From: Octopus bimaculoides
Taxonomy: Eukaryota
NCBI RefSeq assembly: GCF_001194135.2
Contig: NC_068984.1
Span: 50,402,471-50,447,592, forward strand
Direction of reading: 5' to 3'
DNA length: 45,122 nt
In this document: piece by piece, positions 11,224-23,964 of the stretch
How positions within the stretch are numbered: position 1 is the stretch's first letter
Layout: each line of letters begins with the position of its first letter
Made by a program: the position numbers and the translations under genes
The notes under the pieces: model-generated
What the model saw: the letters and a program-made list of their open reading frames with translations, nothing else
Database searches by the model: none
Told to the model about the DNA's origin: nothing

Positions 11224-12821
11224 TGTAGTGGGAATATATATTTAGTACCAGGTGTTTATATGGCTGCGTGTATATTATTACAGGAGTTCATATAGAGATG
11301 AAGAATAAATTCAAGAACTATATATTTACTGCATCTTCTACATCCTACTAGTTTTGAAGACAGTACGAGATTATTATAAGTACAAACAATATCCTTATTT
11401 ATGATAGGCAAAGAGAATTCTTTAACTTTATTCAATGGACACCGCGTAAACTACTTTCACGAGGAAAAGTCGAAAATTCGGTATTATCTTTTAGAAGAAA
11501 GTTGCGTGTGTATGCTGTCGTCATTAGCATTCATATTCTGTAATTTATTGTAACCTAAGTTGAACAGAAAGTGATATACAACAATGATAATGTTGGCTAT
11601 GTTTCACATTGTTTGGTTTTGTAATGCAAAAACTTTACTCTCTTTAATATCATATTAGATGCGGTTTTGCTTATCTTCCTCTGTGCTAATTAACAATAAA
11701 TATGTGTGATATTGTTATAATCGTCACATAAAGCTTATAGTTACAACATAATCACACTTAATCTTACTAAACAACTAAGGGATTTTTTGGTTCGTATACT
11801 GGAATTGTATTTCTTTATAATAACTCACATATTGTAAGATATATATAGTTTAATTCATTACACTAAATTAGCTCTAATCTACTTTCTCACTTAGACTGGC
11901 TAATATGATACCGAGGTTATTGTGTTCAGCACCAGGTCAGCCCTGAATTAGAAGCTTCTGACGAAAGATATTCTTGTCATAAGTATTAAGTCCCTCTCGT
12001 ATTAAGTCTTAAGTCTTTCTTGTGCATAAATTCCAGGATCACATTTAATGAAGTGTTATTCTCTTCTAAGATAGTATACTATGGTTTAAAGGAAACTTGA
12101 ATACTATTTGTAGAAGACAAACAGATCATGTACAGATATTCCTGACAGTTTGTAGTCTTTCGTTGTATTTATTCTGCCCAATCCCTATGCAAGATATTCA
12201 AGAAATTGCCATCTAATTGTATTGGAACTAATATTATATAACCTTATCAGTTTGAAATTTCTATTCTATTTCCCGATCTATTTTAGTGTCCCTTTCCTAA
12301 ATTTATATTTATCGTTCAAGAGAATTTGAATATACTAGAAGCTTTTTTTATAATTCCCATACAGAAGCAGAGTTTAAAGACTAAATTAGATATGAAACTT
12401 TCTAAAACCCAGCAAATAACTGACCTGGAAGTTATCCAAGAATATATTGATCGAAAAACGTTTTATCAAATACAAACATAAAAGGGAAGATTAATTATCC
12501 AGTAGTGTCAAACAAGTTTACCATTAACTTGTATCGAAAATATAGGCATGCGAACGAATATTCTTAAACACTTACTATTCGGTATCCTTGAAATTATTTC
12601 ATTAGACGAATCTAATGGAATATTTGGCCTTCGATATATCTTCAGATGAAATTAATAGGTGGCACTTTTGCTTTGCTTATAAAAAGGAATAGCTTCAAAA
12701 ACATTTTTTTAACGTAGGGAAATGGGAAGATAATCTAATGAAATATAAAAGTGACGTATATGAAGATTAAACATTAGATGCGTCGTTAGAGAATGACATA
12801 TTCTAGAATGAATAATATATA

Positions 12822-13062
12822 CAGTAAGCCCTCGACTATCGCTGGTGTTACGTTCGTTCCAAAACACCCCACGAATAGGTGAAAATCTGCGAAGTAGGAA
12901 CAGTACTGTACTGTATATCTTTTTAATTATTTTCATAATTTGTATATATTTATTTTATTATAAATGCAAAACAACACCATGGAGGAATCGGCGTAATCTT
13001 AAATAATAAAACGTGATAGGTGAACCGTGATAGGTGAACCGCGATATGGTGAGGGATTACTG
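12822..13062. mobile_element. pogo/Tigger-type MITE
   Basis: TIRs CAGTAAGCCCTCGACTATCGC and GCGATATGGTGAGGGATTACTG; TA precedes the left end and CA follows the right end. Confidence 0.85.
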
Positions 13063-13343
13063 CACTCTCAATACCTCTCGTATCATAGTTTTAGTAACAA
13101 AGCACTAACTAAAAACTAGAATTTTACCAGTTTATCGGTGACTGTTTTTGAGAATGTATAAGATTAGTGATCCAATGAGGGAATCACGTTAGTGAAACAT
13201 GTATATTTTATTTGAAGACTATGTTTTAGAAATACTGAGTTTCACTTTGCCGATAATTCATATNNNNNNNNNNNNNNNNNNNNNNNNNNNNNNNNNNNNN
13301 NNNNNNNNNNNNNNNNNNNNNNNNNNNNNNNNNNNNNNNNNNN

Positions 13344-13379
<36 letters not shown>

Positions 13380-13931
13380 ATTGAAGAAATTGGAGTCGAC
13401 AGGGAGTACGGTTAGAAGTTATTTTTAATCACTACAATTGTTTTCACACAACATGGTTCTCTTAAATGTACTAGTATTTGGTTATGCAACTGTTTGTTTG
13501 CATAATGAGATCCAGTTGTGTTTCCTCTGGTAATATTCAAGAGTTATCGCCATTAGTCTAAAATCTTCGACTTCAAGGCCATCCCATCCCTCTGTCTTGG
13601 TTTGAGTTTAGTAGCATATGGTAGATTCATGTTGTACGCTGCCAGAGATCGTTTGGTGGATTGCTATGAGTGGCAGTGGATGACTGTTTTGGTACTGGCT
13701 GATTGCTGGTCTTTTCTTCATGCGAATTTTATTAGCTGCACATGCGAATTTTATTAGGTGACCTTCAGTATTCAGTGGCCAGATACATACACACATACAC
13801 ACACTGACTCATGCATACCCTCCCAAACACAAACAGACCTATGTAAATATGCATATATACACACACAGATACGCTCACATATACATACATATACATATAT
13901 ACATACACCGATCAACATATACACTTTTGCA

Positions 13932-13968
<37 letters not shown>

Positions 13969-14716
13969 CCTCTCGCAAATGTGAGAATACACACAAACAA
14001 ACAAACATACACGCACATACATACACACACGTACACACACATGTTTATATATANNNNNNNNNNNNNNNNNNNNNNNNNNNNNNNNNNNNNNNNNNNNNNN
14101 NNNNNNNNNNNNNNNNNNNNNNNNNNNNNNNNNNNNNNNNNNNNNNNNNNNNNNNNNNNNNNNNNNNNNNNNNNNNNNNNNNNNNNNNNNNNNNNNNNNN
14201 NNNNNNNNNNNNNNNNNNNNNNNNNNNNNNNNNNNNNNNNNNNNNNNNNNNNNNNNNNNNNNNNNNNNNNNNNNNNNNNNNNNNNNNNNNNNNNNNNNNN
14301 NNNNNNNNNNNNNNNNNNNNNNNNNNNNNNNNNNNNNNNNNNNNNNNNNNNNNNNNNNNNNNNNNNNNNNNNNNNNNNNNNNNNNNNNNNNNNNNNNNNN
14401 NNNNNNNNNNNNNNNNNNNNNNNNNNNNNNNNNNNNNNNNNNNNNNNNNNNNNNNNNNNNNNNNNNNNNNNNNNNNNNNNNNNNNNNNNNNNNNNNNNNN
14501 NNNNNNNNNNNNNNNNNNNNNNNNNNNNNNNNNNNNNNNNNNNNNNNNNNNNNNNNNNNNNNNNNNNNNNNNNNNNNNNNNNNNNNNNNNNNNNNNNNNN
14601 NNNNNNNNNNNNNNNNNNNNNNNNNNNNNNNNNNNNNNNNNNNNNNNNNNNNNNNNNNNNNNNNNNNNNNNNNNNNNNNNNNNNNNNNNNNNNNNNNNNN
14701 NNNNNNNNNNNNNNNN

Positions 14717-14749
<33 letters not shown>

Positions 14750-16021
14750 CGTGGTAAGGCTTCAACAAGTAGAAAAGTACTCGATCAGCTAAAAGAGTAA
14801 AGATAATGTTATAATAAAAGCCACTGATCTTTTTTAATACAGCTACCCAAATTTTCTTGGTCGAAATAATAATTTATTCTGCAATATTTCAAGCTAACAA
14901 CAAGATCGTTTGTCAGTTGTCTTTTGAGCAGATGATGTTTAAGTAAAACACGCTGCTAAGAAAGAAGACAAAAAGGAAGACACAAAGGAGATAAGTACAA
15001 TTATTCGATGTCAAGCAGACGTAAACAAGATGTTAACGGTTTACTAAATATTCGTTGATTTACTTTTAAATTCTGGCAAGATACATTTCAGCGAACCCCA
15101 CTAAAATCCCAACTATCTAAGGAGCCCATCACAGACACAACTCCAGTTCACTCGATACAAAATATTGCTTAAGTGTCATCCAATCAATGGACACAGTTGT
15201 CATGTGACGTTTTTCATCCCTACATCATTTATTATTCAAGCTTACGTCGATTCGTTCGTGGGAAACACTTTATTGACTCTATAAGGTGACGTTAAAGATA
15301 CATCAACTCATTGTTGTGGATTTACTCTTTTCGCCTTAGCGCAGTTACTGCGGTACAGACGGTTCCTTTTCCGTCGTGGACAACTGAAGTTACAGTTCGC
15401 TATTTTGCATTTTGCAATGTTTCCTTCATTCGTTATTTAAGTCATTATCTGAGCACAATATAATTATTCGCCTTACGTTATAATAATCATTATCATCTTC
15501 AGTCAATGCTTTCCTTATTTATAAAATCAGCAACAGCAGTTGGATCTAGTTTGTTTTTTTTTCTTTCGCAAAATATGCATTTTTAAAAAGGAAGTGAAAA
15601 ATCTGAAAATCGGCCATAATAATGTAGTGTTCTAGTCTCATTGCTACGAAGGTATGATGTTGTGGAGAAAAAATTGAAGGAAAAAGTGATAGAAGTTTAA
15701 AACTCGGAAAAACTGTGTATTTTTAACCAATAGCGACACAAATTTTCTGCGTTTAGCGGAGCGCTGTCAACTTTAGGTTGTACCCTATGAAATTTATAGT
15801 TTAGCGTCTGACCTGTTCATTGTAGGTTTCTAAATAAACAGAAATACCTAATAAAATCAACATGTATCATCTTACTGTTTGTTTTGTCTCTTCATTGGTT
15901 GTATTTTTTTATTATTTTTAAAAAAATTGTTATATTAATATATCTGTCTGCGTGTGTTTATGCGTATTTCAGTATTATGTATACTTGTCATGTATTTGTG
16001 TACATCATTAATATATAAGTG

Positions 16022-16061
<40 letters not shown>

Positions 16062-16999
16062 TCCAAAACTCAAAAGTTGAGTAACGTTTTCATGCTTGGA
16101 TTTGTAAACTGCGATAAGGAAAAATTGGTCAACAAAGAATTTGTTCCAAGAAAAAGAATACCTGTATCTTATATGTTTTTGCATGCAGAATTAAAAAATA
16201 ATGTCAAATTATCTGTATCACCCACAATTTTTCTGTTCCACGATATCCCTCTCAGTACCTGTTACCTGGGCTAAATTTTAGCTAAGCTGTTGAAATGAGA
16301 AGCTAACGGTTTAAGAAATATTCCTAATTTAAATGTTTATGAATAGAATTAGCTGGTGAAATCATGAATCCAGCTATCAGAGTCAATGAAACCTTGAAGC
16401 TTGGCAATACTGAGTCGATGAGTCACCGATGCTTTGTCAGTACTGTGCTTGAAGTGTGTGTGTGCGGTTGTGTACTAAGTTCATACATTCCATTCACCTT
16501 AATAATGCCAAGAAACTGTATAAACATCTCAAACAACTTTTTCTATATATGAGGAATATGTAAAATATTAAGACAATTAACGAAAAATATCTATAATAAA
16601 ATTCTAATTGATAAATATAAATTTTTATTAAAACAAAACACGCGGGTGAAGTGAATCTCGTGGTGTGAAGAATGAACACAAAATGCGGGTGAAGTGAAAC
16701 ACAACACAACGTGCCGTTGTCAGGGTAACAAGCTGTTTGTTGATTGGTAAAAATTACCCAAATTTCTCAAATTTAATTACAAATAACATGAGATTCTTTA
16801 ATTTATGAGATAAAGTAATTGGTTGATCGTAATCAAAATTTAGAGTTGCACCGATACACCAAAATTGAAAGCAATCTGAGCAAAATTAAAGGGGGAATAT
16901 CGAATGAAACAAACTAGATCCCAGCAGTTTTTAAGGGTAGCATTACTCGTTAAAATTCGAAATTTTCTGGTCTGGCTCAGCAAAAATTAATCCATTGAA

Positions 17000-17560
17000 G
17001 ATTCCTTGAAGAATTCGCTGAATTCAACAGATTCTTCTAGAGAATAGTCTTGCTCCTTCTGTGAAGTTTACACTATCCAATAGATGACCCAAAACTTCAG
17101 TTCTCATTTCGAATTGTTTCCACACAAACTCATTGTCTTTTGGAACCTCAAACTTTCCAACATCATCTTGTTGTTCTCTCTCTTCATCAGAATCCAGTTG
17201 TTCAGCTGGTCCTTTCCTCCACAAACACGAAACTGGAAATAATCAGTTTCACTGTCTTCTCCATTCTGTACTCTCATATATAAGCTAAGTTGCTTATATT
17301 CAAAATGAAGAATGTATTGTTTCAAATAGGCCACGACAGTAGTTTTGCCGAGTATCTTAAGAAACGTTAGCCGAAGATCGGCAAGAAACATTATGATCTT
17401 GCCACCAAGTGATAACTCATTTTGTAAAAGGTCATAAAAAATGCGAACAACATCTATACCTAGTAAGACTTTGGGAGTGCTTTACCCAAATAAATGAAAT
17501 CACAGTTTTGCCAATCTACTATTCCTCATCGATATCAGTTGTTCCCTCTTTTTATGTTTA
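17000..17560 (-). mobile_element. Helitron Pif1-like helicase fragment, decayed
   Basis: NIKRG...IDVVRIFYDLLQNELSLGGKIIMFLADLRLTF...LSLYMRVQNGEDSE...GGKD, then EVPKDNEFV...LDSV. This parallels the Helitron pattern DRTLRDL..N..PFGGK..GDFRQ..L..NMR..G.GK..APKNE.V. Confidence 0.8.
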
Positions 17561-18949
17561 TAGGGAGATTACAAAAAAGAAAGACAATTGTTTATGATAG
17601 CCTAGTATATTTAATTAATTTCATTAATTTAATACTCACAATGTTGATTGTAATGTATAGGCTTAATCTGTAACAGAATACACCAACAGAAAACAGGGAT
17701 GGGAATAAGTAAATGTAATGGGATTAGAGAAAGAGAGAGTGAGTGAGAAAGAGAGAATAAGAGAAATAATGACATAGAATTTTGAGGGAACTTACTAGCC
17801 TTTAAGCATATGAACCCATAAACATTGGTTCAGTATGGTTGCATGGATTACAGAGCTCAATAGATATTAGATTCAGCTACTCAGTGGTATGTCTCTGAAC
17901 ATTAATCTTGTTTTTAATTAAGTAATCAAAGATATATTTCATTTTCAGACAATCTTTAATTATGTTCTGCCATTTAAGCTCTAATGTAAATATCTTTTAG
18001 AAAGACATGAACCTGCATCTCCCCTCACAGAACAGAGTGACTATCCCACATCCTTAATTCAGCTATGGTGCATTCAGGACAACAATATCTAATGTGTCCT
18101 TACCGGTCTTAGAAAATTGGGTGATATGCAGAGGAACAAGGTTCCCGTATATTCTTAGCTTATAGCACTTAATTACTTCCTTTCTCAACTTCAGCCTCAT
18201 GGACCCTAGTGTACTCTTAATCCTTAAAACCTATTTCCACAACGATTACATAACATTTTAAAACTGTTTGTCTACTACTTCTATCAAGCCGAGTGACGTA
18301 CAGGCTATTTCGCTACCTTCTCATAGGGCGCATTTTTTTAATATTTGGCCCCAAATTGGTGCTCATCATGAAGAACTAACGATAACTATACTATTTTAGT
18401 TTCAGTATACCTTGGACTACATTACCCAACATCTCCTTCCTTTTAACCCTTTAATTTGTAATTTGATGGAGATTTAACTGCTATTTCTAGTCGATCAAGC
18501 GTTTACATAGATACTCCTTCTGAGCCTATGAACAAAGCACATAATATACAGTGATCACTTAGCTTTATTATACTACTTAGCGTCTTATTTTGTTTTATTT
18601 TGATGCTATGCTGTATTACATAACATATCTATTGATTTTAATCAAACTTAGCATATAAAAAGATGTTAGCGTCTATTTTGCATATGCAGTATTTCCTTGA
18701 ATAGAAAAGGTGCCGGATCAGCTGTTCTGATTTCAATGCATAGATACTATTAACGGTGTTAGCTCGCAAATTGTGTTGTTGAAACACTATATAACTAAAG
18801 ATGGGTGTTTTAGAAAAGGCACTTGGAAACTAGTTAAAGATATGTGTTCCAAGAAATCAAGAAGTCAGCCTGAAGTTTAATCTTTCATCAAAACACCAAC
18901 AGGGACAACTCACTTTTCATTTCTAGAATTTCTCTCACTCAATACAATA

Positions 18950-19166
18950 ATGAATTCAAGTTTTGGCACAAGGCCAGCAAGTTCGTGAGGAGGACGTAAG
19001 TTGATTACATCGACCCCAGTGCTCAACTGATGGTTATTTTATCGACTTCAAAAGGATGAAAGGTAAAGTCGACCTCGGTGGAATTTGAACTCAGAACCTA
19101 AAGATGGTTGAAATATCGCTAAGCATTTTGCCCAGCGTTCTAACGATTCTTCCAGCTCGCCGCCTC
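18950..19166 (-). mobile_element. tRNA-derived SINE family C
   Basis: Reverse complement reads GAGGCGGCGAGCTGGAAGAATCGTTAG...GAGTTCAAATTCCACCGAGGTCGACTTTACCTTTCATCC...GGCCTTGTGCC, with A/B-box-like elements. Confidence 0.85.
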
Positions 19167-20049
19167 ACTCAACAGAATAATAATAGAACTTTTGCTACAA
19201 TATATGGTGATCTTTGGTTGCAGACTAATTTGCCTACATTGCATTTGTTCAATGATTAATTTGAAGCATCTGCAATTCAGTAATTTTTCTCTATTTTTCT
19301 TTCTTACATTTTCTCTCTTTCCTTTCTCTGTTCTTTCTTTTCTTCTTTCTTTTCGCGTCCTTAGTGGTTATTTCTTCATTTCTGTCTTTCAAATTTGTTA
19401 TCTTTATTTGATCTGAAATGTGACATGTTTGGCAGAAAGGGTTAGGAAGACAAAAATTATGACAGGAAGTTCACATAGCATTCGTGAAGTTCTCCCGCAG
19501 TGTTTATCTGCGCATATGTGTGTGTAAATGTGTGTTAACGTCTATGCAAGTTTGTATATACATGCGTGCTTCATATTGCTATCACAGTAACAGAATTCTA
19601 ATAGAAGTAGGTTAACCTGTTAATGAGTAGCAGCAGGAGGAGCAGGGGTACAAAAAATGTCTTCTACCTTTAAAACTCCCTATATCTTGCATTTTAGGAA
19701 ATAAGCACTCTCCTCCACATCCGGTTTATTTAAAGGAGGTTGTTAAAGGCTCCCCTACCCATACGCGTCAACCGAATTTTACTCTTTTGTCAAGCAGTTT
19801 GGTTTTAACATATGACAGAAAGCATGAGCCAGAAAGCATGAGAATTTTTATTAGGTGAGAAGGGAATTCCTTTCGTATCGTTTCTTAAATAGTAGTGTAA
19901 TATAACTGCTGAACGTTATTGCGGTAGTCATCTTGCTTGCTGCTTAGCTACAAGGTCAGTCTTGGTGATCAAAATCTTTGGCCAAAGACATTTCAGCTGT
20001 GGACATCATATCTTTTTACCAAGGAAAGTTCACCCAGGACTATGTTATA

Positions 20050-20280
20050 TATCTTTATCGTTTACTTTTTACTTGTTTCAGTCAATGGACTGCGGCCGTG
20101 ACGGGCAGCTGCCTTGAAGGGTTTATTGAACAAATCCACGTCAGTACTTATTTTTTAAGCCTCGTATTCATTCAACTGGCTTTCATTGCCGAACCACTAA
20201 GTTACAGGAACGTGAACAAACCAACACCTGTGGTCATGTGGTGGTTGGAACAAATACCAAACACACACATACACACACTC
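20050..20280 (-). mobile_element. SINE family A, 3' half
   Basis: TTTTACTTGTTTCAGTCAATGGACTGCGGCC...GCCGAACCACTAAGTTAC matches 44480-44670 in the same orientation. Confidence 0.75.
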
Positions 20281-20372
20281 GTATAATATGTATGTATGAA
20301 TGTATGTATGTATATATGTATGTATGTGCATATATTTATATCTATATCTATATCTAGATATCTAGATATAAA

Positions 20373-20900
20373 GATTGGCCAGCCCAGAGCCCTGATTCAA
20401 ATATCATCGAATGAATGTGAACAGAAATAAAGAGAAGTATTCGTCAGAAAAATCCACGCAATCTTGAAGAGTTGTGGGAACTCAGCCACAGGGAATGGCA
20501 TTTCATACCGGTGAAGATGGTGAAGGATTTGTACGCATCTCTTCGTAGGCGCATTGAAGCAATTATTCAAGCTAAATATTAACAATGTACAGAAACTTCT
20601 TGAAATGAACATTATGTAATAAAGTTTCATTATAGACATTTTTCTGTTTTAAAATATTATCTTGATTGATTTATGTGAAGTTGCCGAAAACTTTTGACGG
20701 CCATTTCAGTAGTCGTCTCGCATTTTTTCCCGTCATTCAGAATCCCTACTCCAAAACATAAGGATTAGGTATGGAAATGACTCCAACAGAGCCAATGTTT
20801 CGGCTGTAAAAAATGCAATGTGAAACATCCACTTACAAGTTGGAAATTAGTAGAAATTTACAACAGTTTAAAGTGGCCGAAGTTTTTTTGCACGGTATTG
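20373..20900 (+). mobile_element. Tc1-family transposon, 3' part (transposase C-terminus and right TIR)
   Basis: DWPAQSPDSNIIE*M*TEIKRSIRQKNPRNLEELWE...LYASLRRRIEAIIQAKY* (20373-20582). The end ...TTTTGCACGGTATTG is followed by TA. Confidence 0.95.
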
Positions 20901-21063
20901 TATATATATATATATAATATAGGTGGCTAAATCGCAATTTTACAACCTAAAGGCAGAATATGTACGTCCCTAAAGTGGCAAAGAGCACTAATCAGAACCA
21001 GTATTGCTAGAAATAAGAATCAAAACAACTCAATAGACACGAAATGCACTATCTTAATGACTG

Positions 21064-21207
21064 ACGGGCTTCTTTCAGTTTCCATGAATCAGACCCGCTC
21101 ACTTATCTTTGGTACGCCTGGGGCTATAGTAGACGACACTTGTCTAAGGTACCGTGGAGTGGCATTGAACCCAAGACCTCATGACAGAGTAGCAAACTTC
21201 TTAACGA
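21064..21207 (-). mobile_element. SINE family A, 5' half
   Basis: GACGGGCTTCTTTCAGTTTCC...GGCTATAGTAGACGACACTTG...GACACAGCCAC. Confidence 0.8.
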
Positions 21208-22049
21208 CACAGCCACATTATTTTTCAAAGTGCGGTGTAATTTGCAAAGAAAATTTTCTCTACTTCTAGCAACTCGAGCCTCCACCTCCCGTTGGGTCAA
21301 TGTAGATGGATGTTGTTATTATTGCACAACTCAGAGTGGCGAATTAGTGTAATAGTTAAAGCATCGAGCAAAATGCCCTGCAGTATTTAGTTACAAACAT
21401 AGTTGAAATCTGTGATGTAATGACATCGAGATAGTATGTGTTAACGCAGTATCATAAATATGAAAGCGTAGCATCAGGATGTGAGTATATCAAGTGCACA
21501 AATATATATGTATGTATGCATGCATGTATATATATATGTATGCTTGCACAAATGTATGCATGTGTGTGTGGGTGCATGTATTTATATCTCGATGTATGTA
21601 TATCGCGTGCGTCTGTCATTGGCAGACATGAATGTAAGCATGGATGTCAATGCGTATGGGAATCTTATTACATGCTAAACTTCTTGAATGTTCTACGTTT
21701 TGCATTTCTTTTGATAGTTTGTAGATGTAAACTCCTGATTAGATCTGCTCCTTCTATTTTATGAAACTCAACTCCTCAAGATTGCTACTGAGGCAGTTAT
21801 TAACCCAGATGGAGTAACTGCAAATTTCTCATCAGTTCTGCATACATGCTTTCTTTTCCTCTAATATTTTCATTAACATTACGTTAACAAAGCAACTGAT
21901 TTTAACTTCTGTACGTAATTTCTAGTTTTCGTCCCAGTTCATCCCGTCTGGGTTGTTATGCTAGCATTTTGTCGAAGTCTTGAGAGGATACAATACACTT
22001 TCCAGTATGTGCGTATATATGTAATATGTGTGTGTGTGTTTGAATTTAT

Positions 22050-22160
22050 GAAGACATGTGGTCTAGAGGTAAGGGTGTTGGGCTGATGATCACAAAGTTG
22101 TAGGTTCGATTTTTAGACATGGTAGCTCGTTGTACACTTGAACATAACTCCGCATTCCTT
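22050..22160 (+). mobile_element. SINE family B-like tRNA head, degenerate
   Basis: GACATGTGGTCTAGAGGTAAGG...GTAGGTTCGATT. Confidence 0.55.
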
Positions 22161-22739
22161 TTTGATCTCACAATTCAATTGTACCAGCCTAGAATTGGTG
22201 CATCATTATCTCCCTTCAACTGTCATATGCACAATGTTCTGCTGGAGCAAGGATGTGTATGTGTGAGGGGAGGGGGGGCAAGTGAAAGTCTGTCTACACG
22301 TGACTACACCGTCATCTAAAAGAATATGTAGGTACCTAGATAAGTACTTAAATAGGCACCTGAAAGCTATCATTTCGTGTGAAGACGTTCATGCACGTTC
22401 AAATTTATAATTATAAATACACACGTATGTGCATATGCACATCCATACAACATGTGCACACACACACTCAACACACACAAACAAACACATATACGCACGC
22501 GCACACACTGGCACATAGATACACTGGCACTCACACACACACACTCACATACACACACCAGACACATATCTACAACTGCAATATGTGTTTTGTTCGTGCT
22601 TCAGCATGTGCACATAATCGTGGAGTTTCACAGATTTTGACTCCAAACCATATCATATATACCCAGCAATACGGTATTGAGCACTCATTCTTACTGTTCG
22701 ATATTAGCGTATACCAGCATGTGAAACCACTAATCCCTT

Positions 22740-22887
22740 TTTTTTCCACATTTCTCCCTCCAGAAGAGCGTAGACTCGAAACGTCAGACTCCTCCATTTT
22801 TCCTGAGAATCAAACTAATGCACCTTGTTTGTTGTCCCCCTCACTTGTCTCTGTCTTCTTGTTTTCTTTTTCTTTTTGTAGTTTTGA
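22740..22887 (+). mobile_element. PLE-type terminal repeat with degenerate hammerhead-like core
   Basis: CAGAAGAGCGTAGACTCGAAACGTC followed by a pyrimidine-rich tail, adjacent to PLE fragments. Confidence 0.5.
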
Positions 22888-22897
22888 NNNNNNNNNN

Positions 22898-23960
22898 TGG
22901 CTATACAAGGAAAGGGAAAAGATGAAACAAAAAAACAGATTTGTTTTACACGACTAAAAAATATATTAGAATCATCATAGAAAAATTATTATACTATATA
23001 CAAAATAAGATTTTCTTCTTCCAACATAATATAACCGGTTTCGCTAACGTTTTTCAAAAGTTTGCCTGTTGGCTACAATTTGCAATTCGAGATTTTGTTT
23101 GCTAGGGGACATAATTGGTAACCAAGGTATTTTTCAGTAAAGGGGAAGTAAGTCAGTAATTTCTAATATTGATTTGTATTTGATTCTGGCTTATATCAAT
23201 ATTATCTTCAATAGATGGAATATTTGTTTTGCTATGTCTCGAGTAGCATGAACAAGTAATGTTTAGCGTCTGTGGTTTTGTAAAAAATGTCCGTTTCTAT
23301 TTTTTTTTAATTTATTTTTTAAACAGTATGTCTAGGAATGGGAGTTCTTCTTGGTTGTATTCCATTGTAAATTATTTATTGATGTTAATGTTATTAAGGA
23401 GTCTTTTGTACTCTAGATGTTTATCTACGTTTTCATTCCAGAGGATGAAGCAGTCGTCCAAAAATATTTTCCAATTTTCTTTTATGTATTGGGAGAGAGG
23501 GTTACCAAATTTTGAAAATGACTCCTGGTATATTGTTATTCGTCCAGCCAGAAACGGATTGCTTCTATTCCATAATTGTGGGGTATGTTAGTGTATAGGT
23601 TTATCACATCAAATGAAACCATGAGGGTTTCTTCCTTGACCTCTTCTCATATCCATGAGACAACTTAGTCGATGTCTTTCACAAGATGGTCCAGTTATTA
23701 TGAGCCATAATTTCTGGTCTCCCGGTACTGGTGTATGCATGCATGCCTTTGGTGATTTTTTTGATGGCTTCGTTTATAGTTTGGCTTTTGTGAATTTTCG
23801 GTAGACTATAGAATAGGCTGGGTTTACATTTAAAGTTTGTTAAATAGTCTATTTCTTTTTTTTTTAGGTCTTTTCCGTGGGCTTGGATTAGTGAAAAAGA
23901 GGATTTTCATTATTTTTGTGGGAGTGTAATCTTTGACTTTTTCATAGTGTTTAGCATGAA
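22898..23960 (-). mobile_element. Penelope-like (Neptune-type) element: RT with internal deletions joined to the 3' UTR
   Basis: FYSLPKIHKS...GPSCERHRLS...MVSFDVINLYTNIPH...NWKIFLDDCFILW...FTMEYNQEELPFLDIL...ETDIFYKTTDAKHYL. Confidence 0.92.
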
Positions 23961-23964
23961 TACT

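Noticed and set aside
13719-13757. Short tandem duplications (CATGCGAATTTTATTAG x2; AGAAAGCATGAG x2 near 19817)
   Set aside because: Ordinary slippage duplications; only two units and no spacers, so not CRISPR-like.
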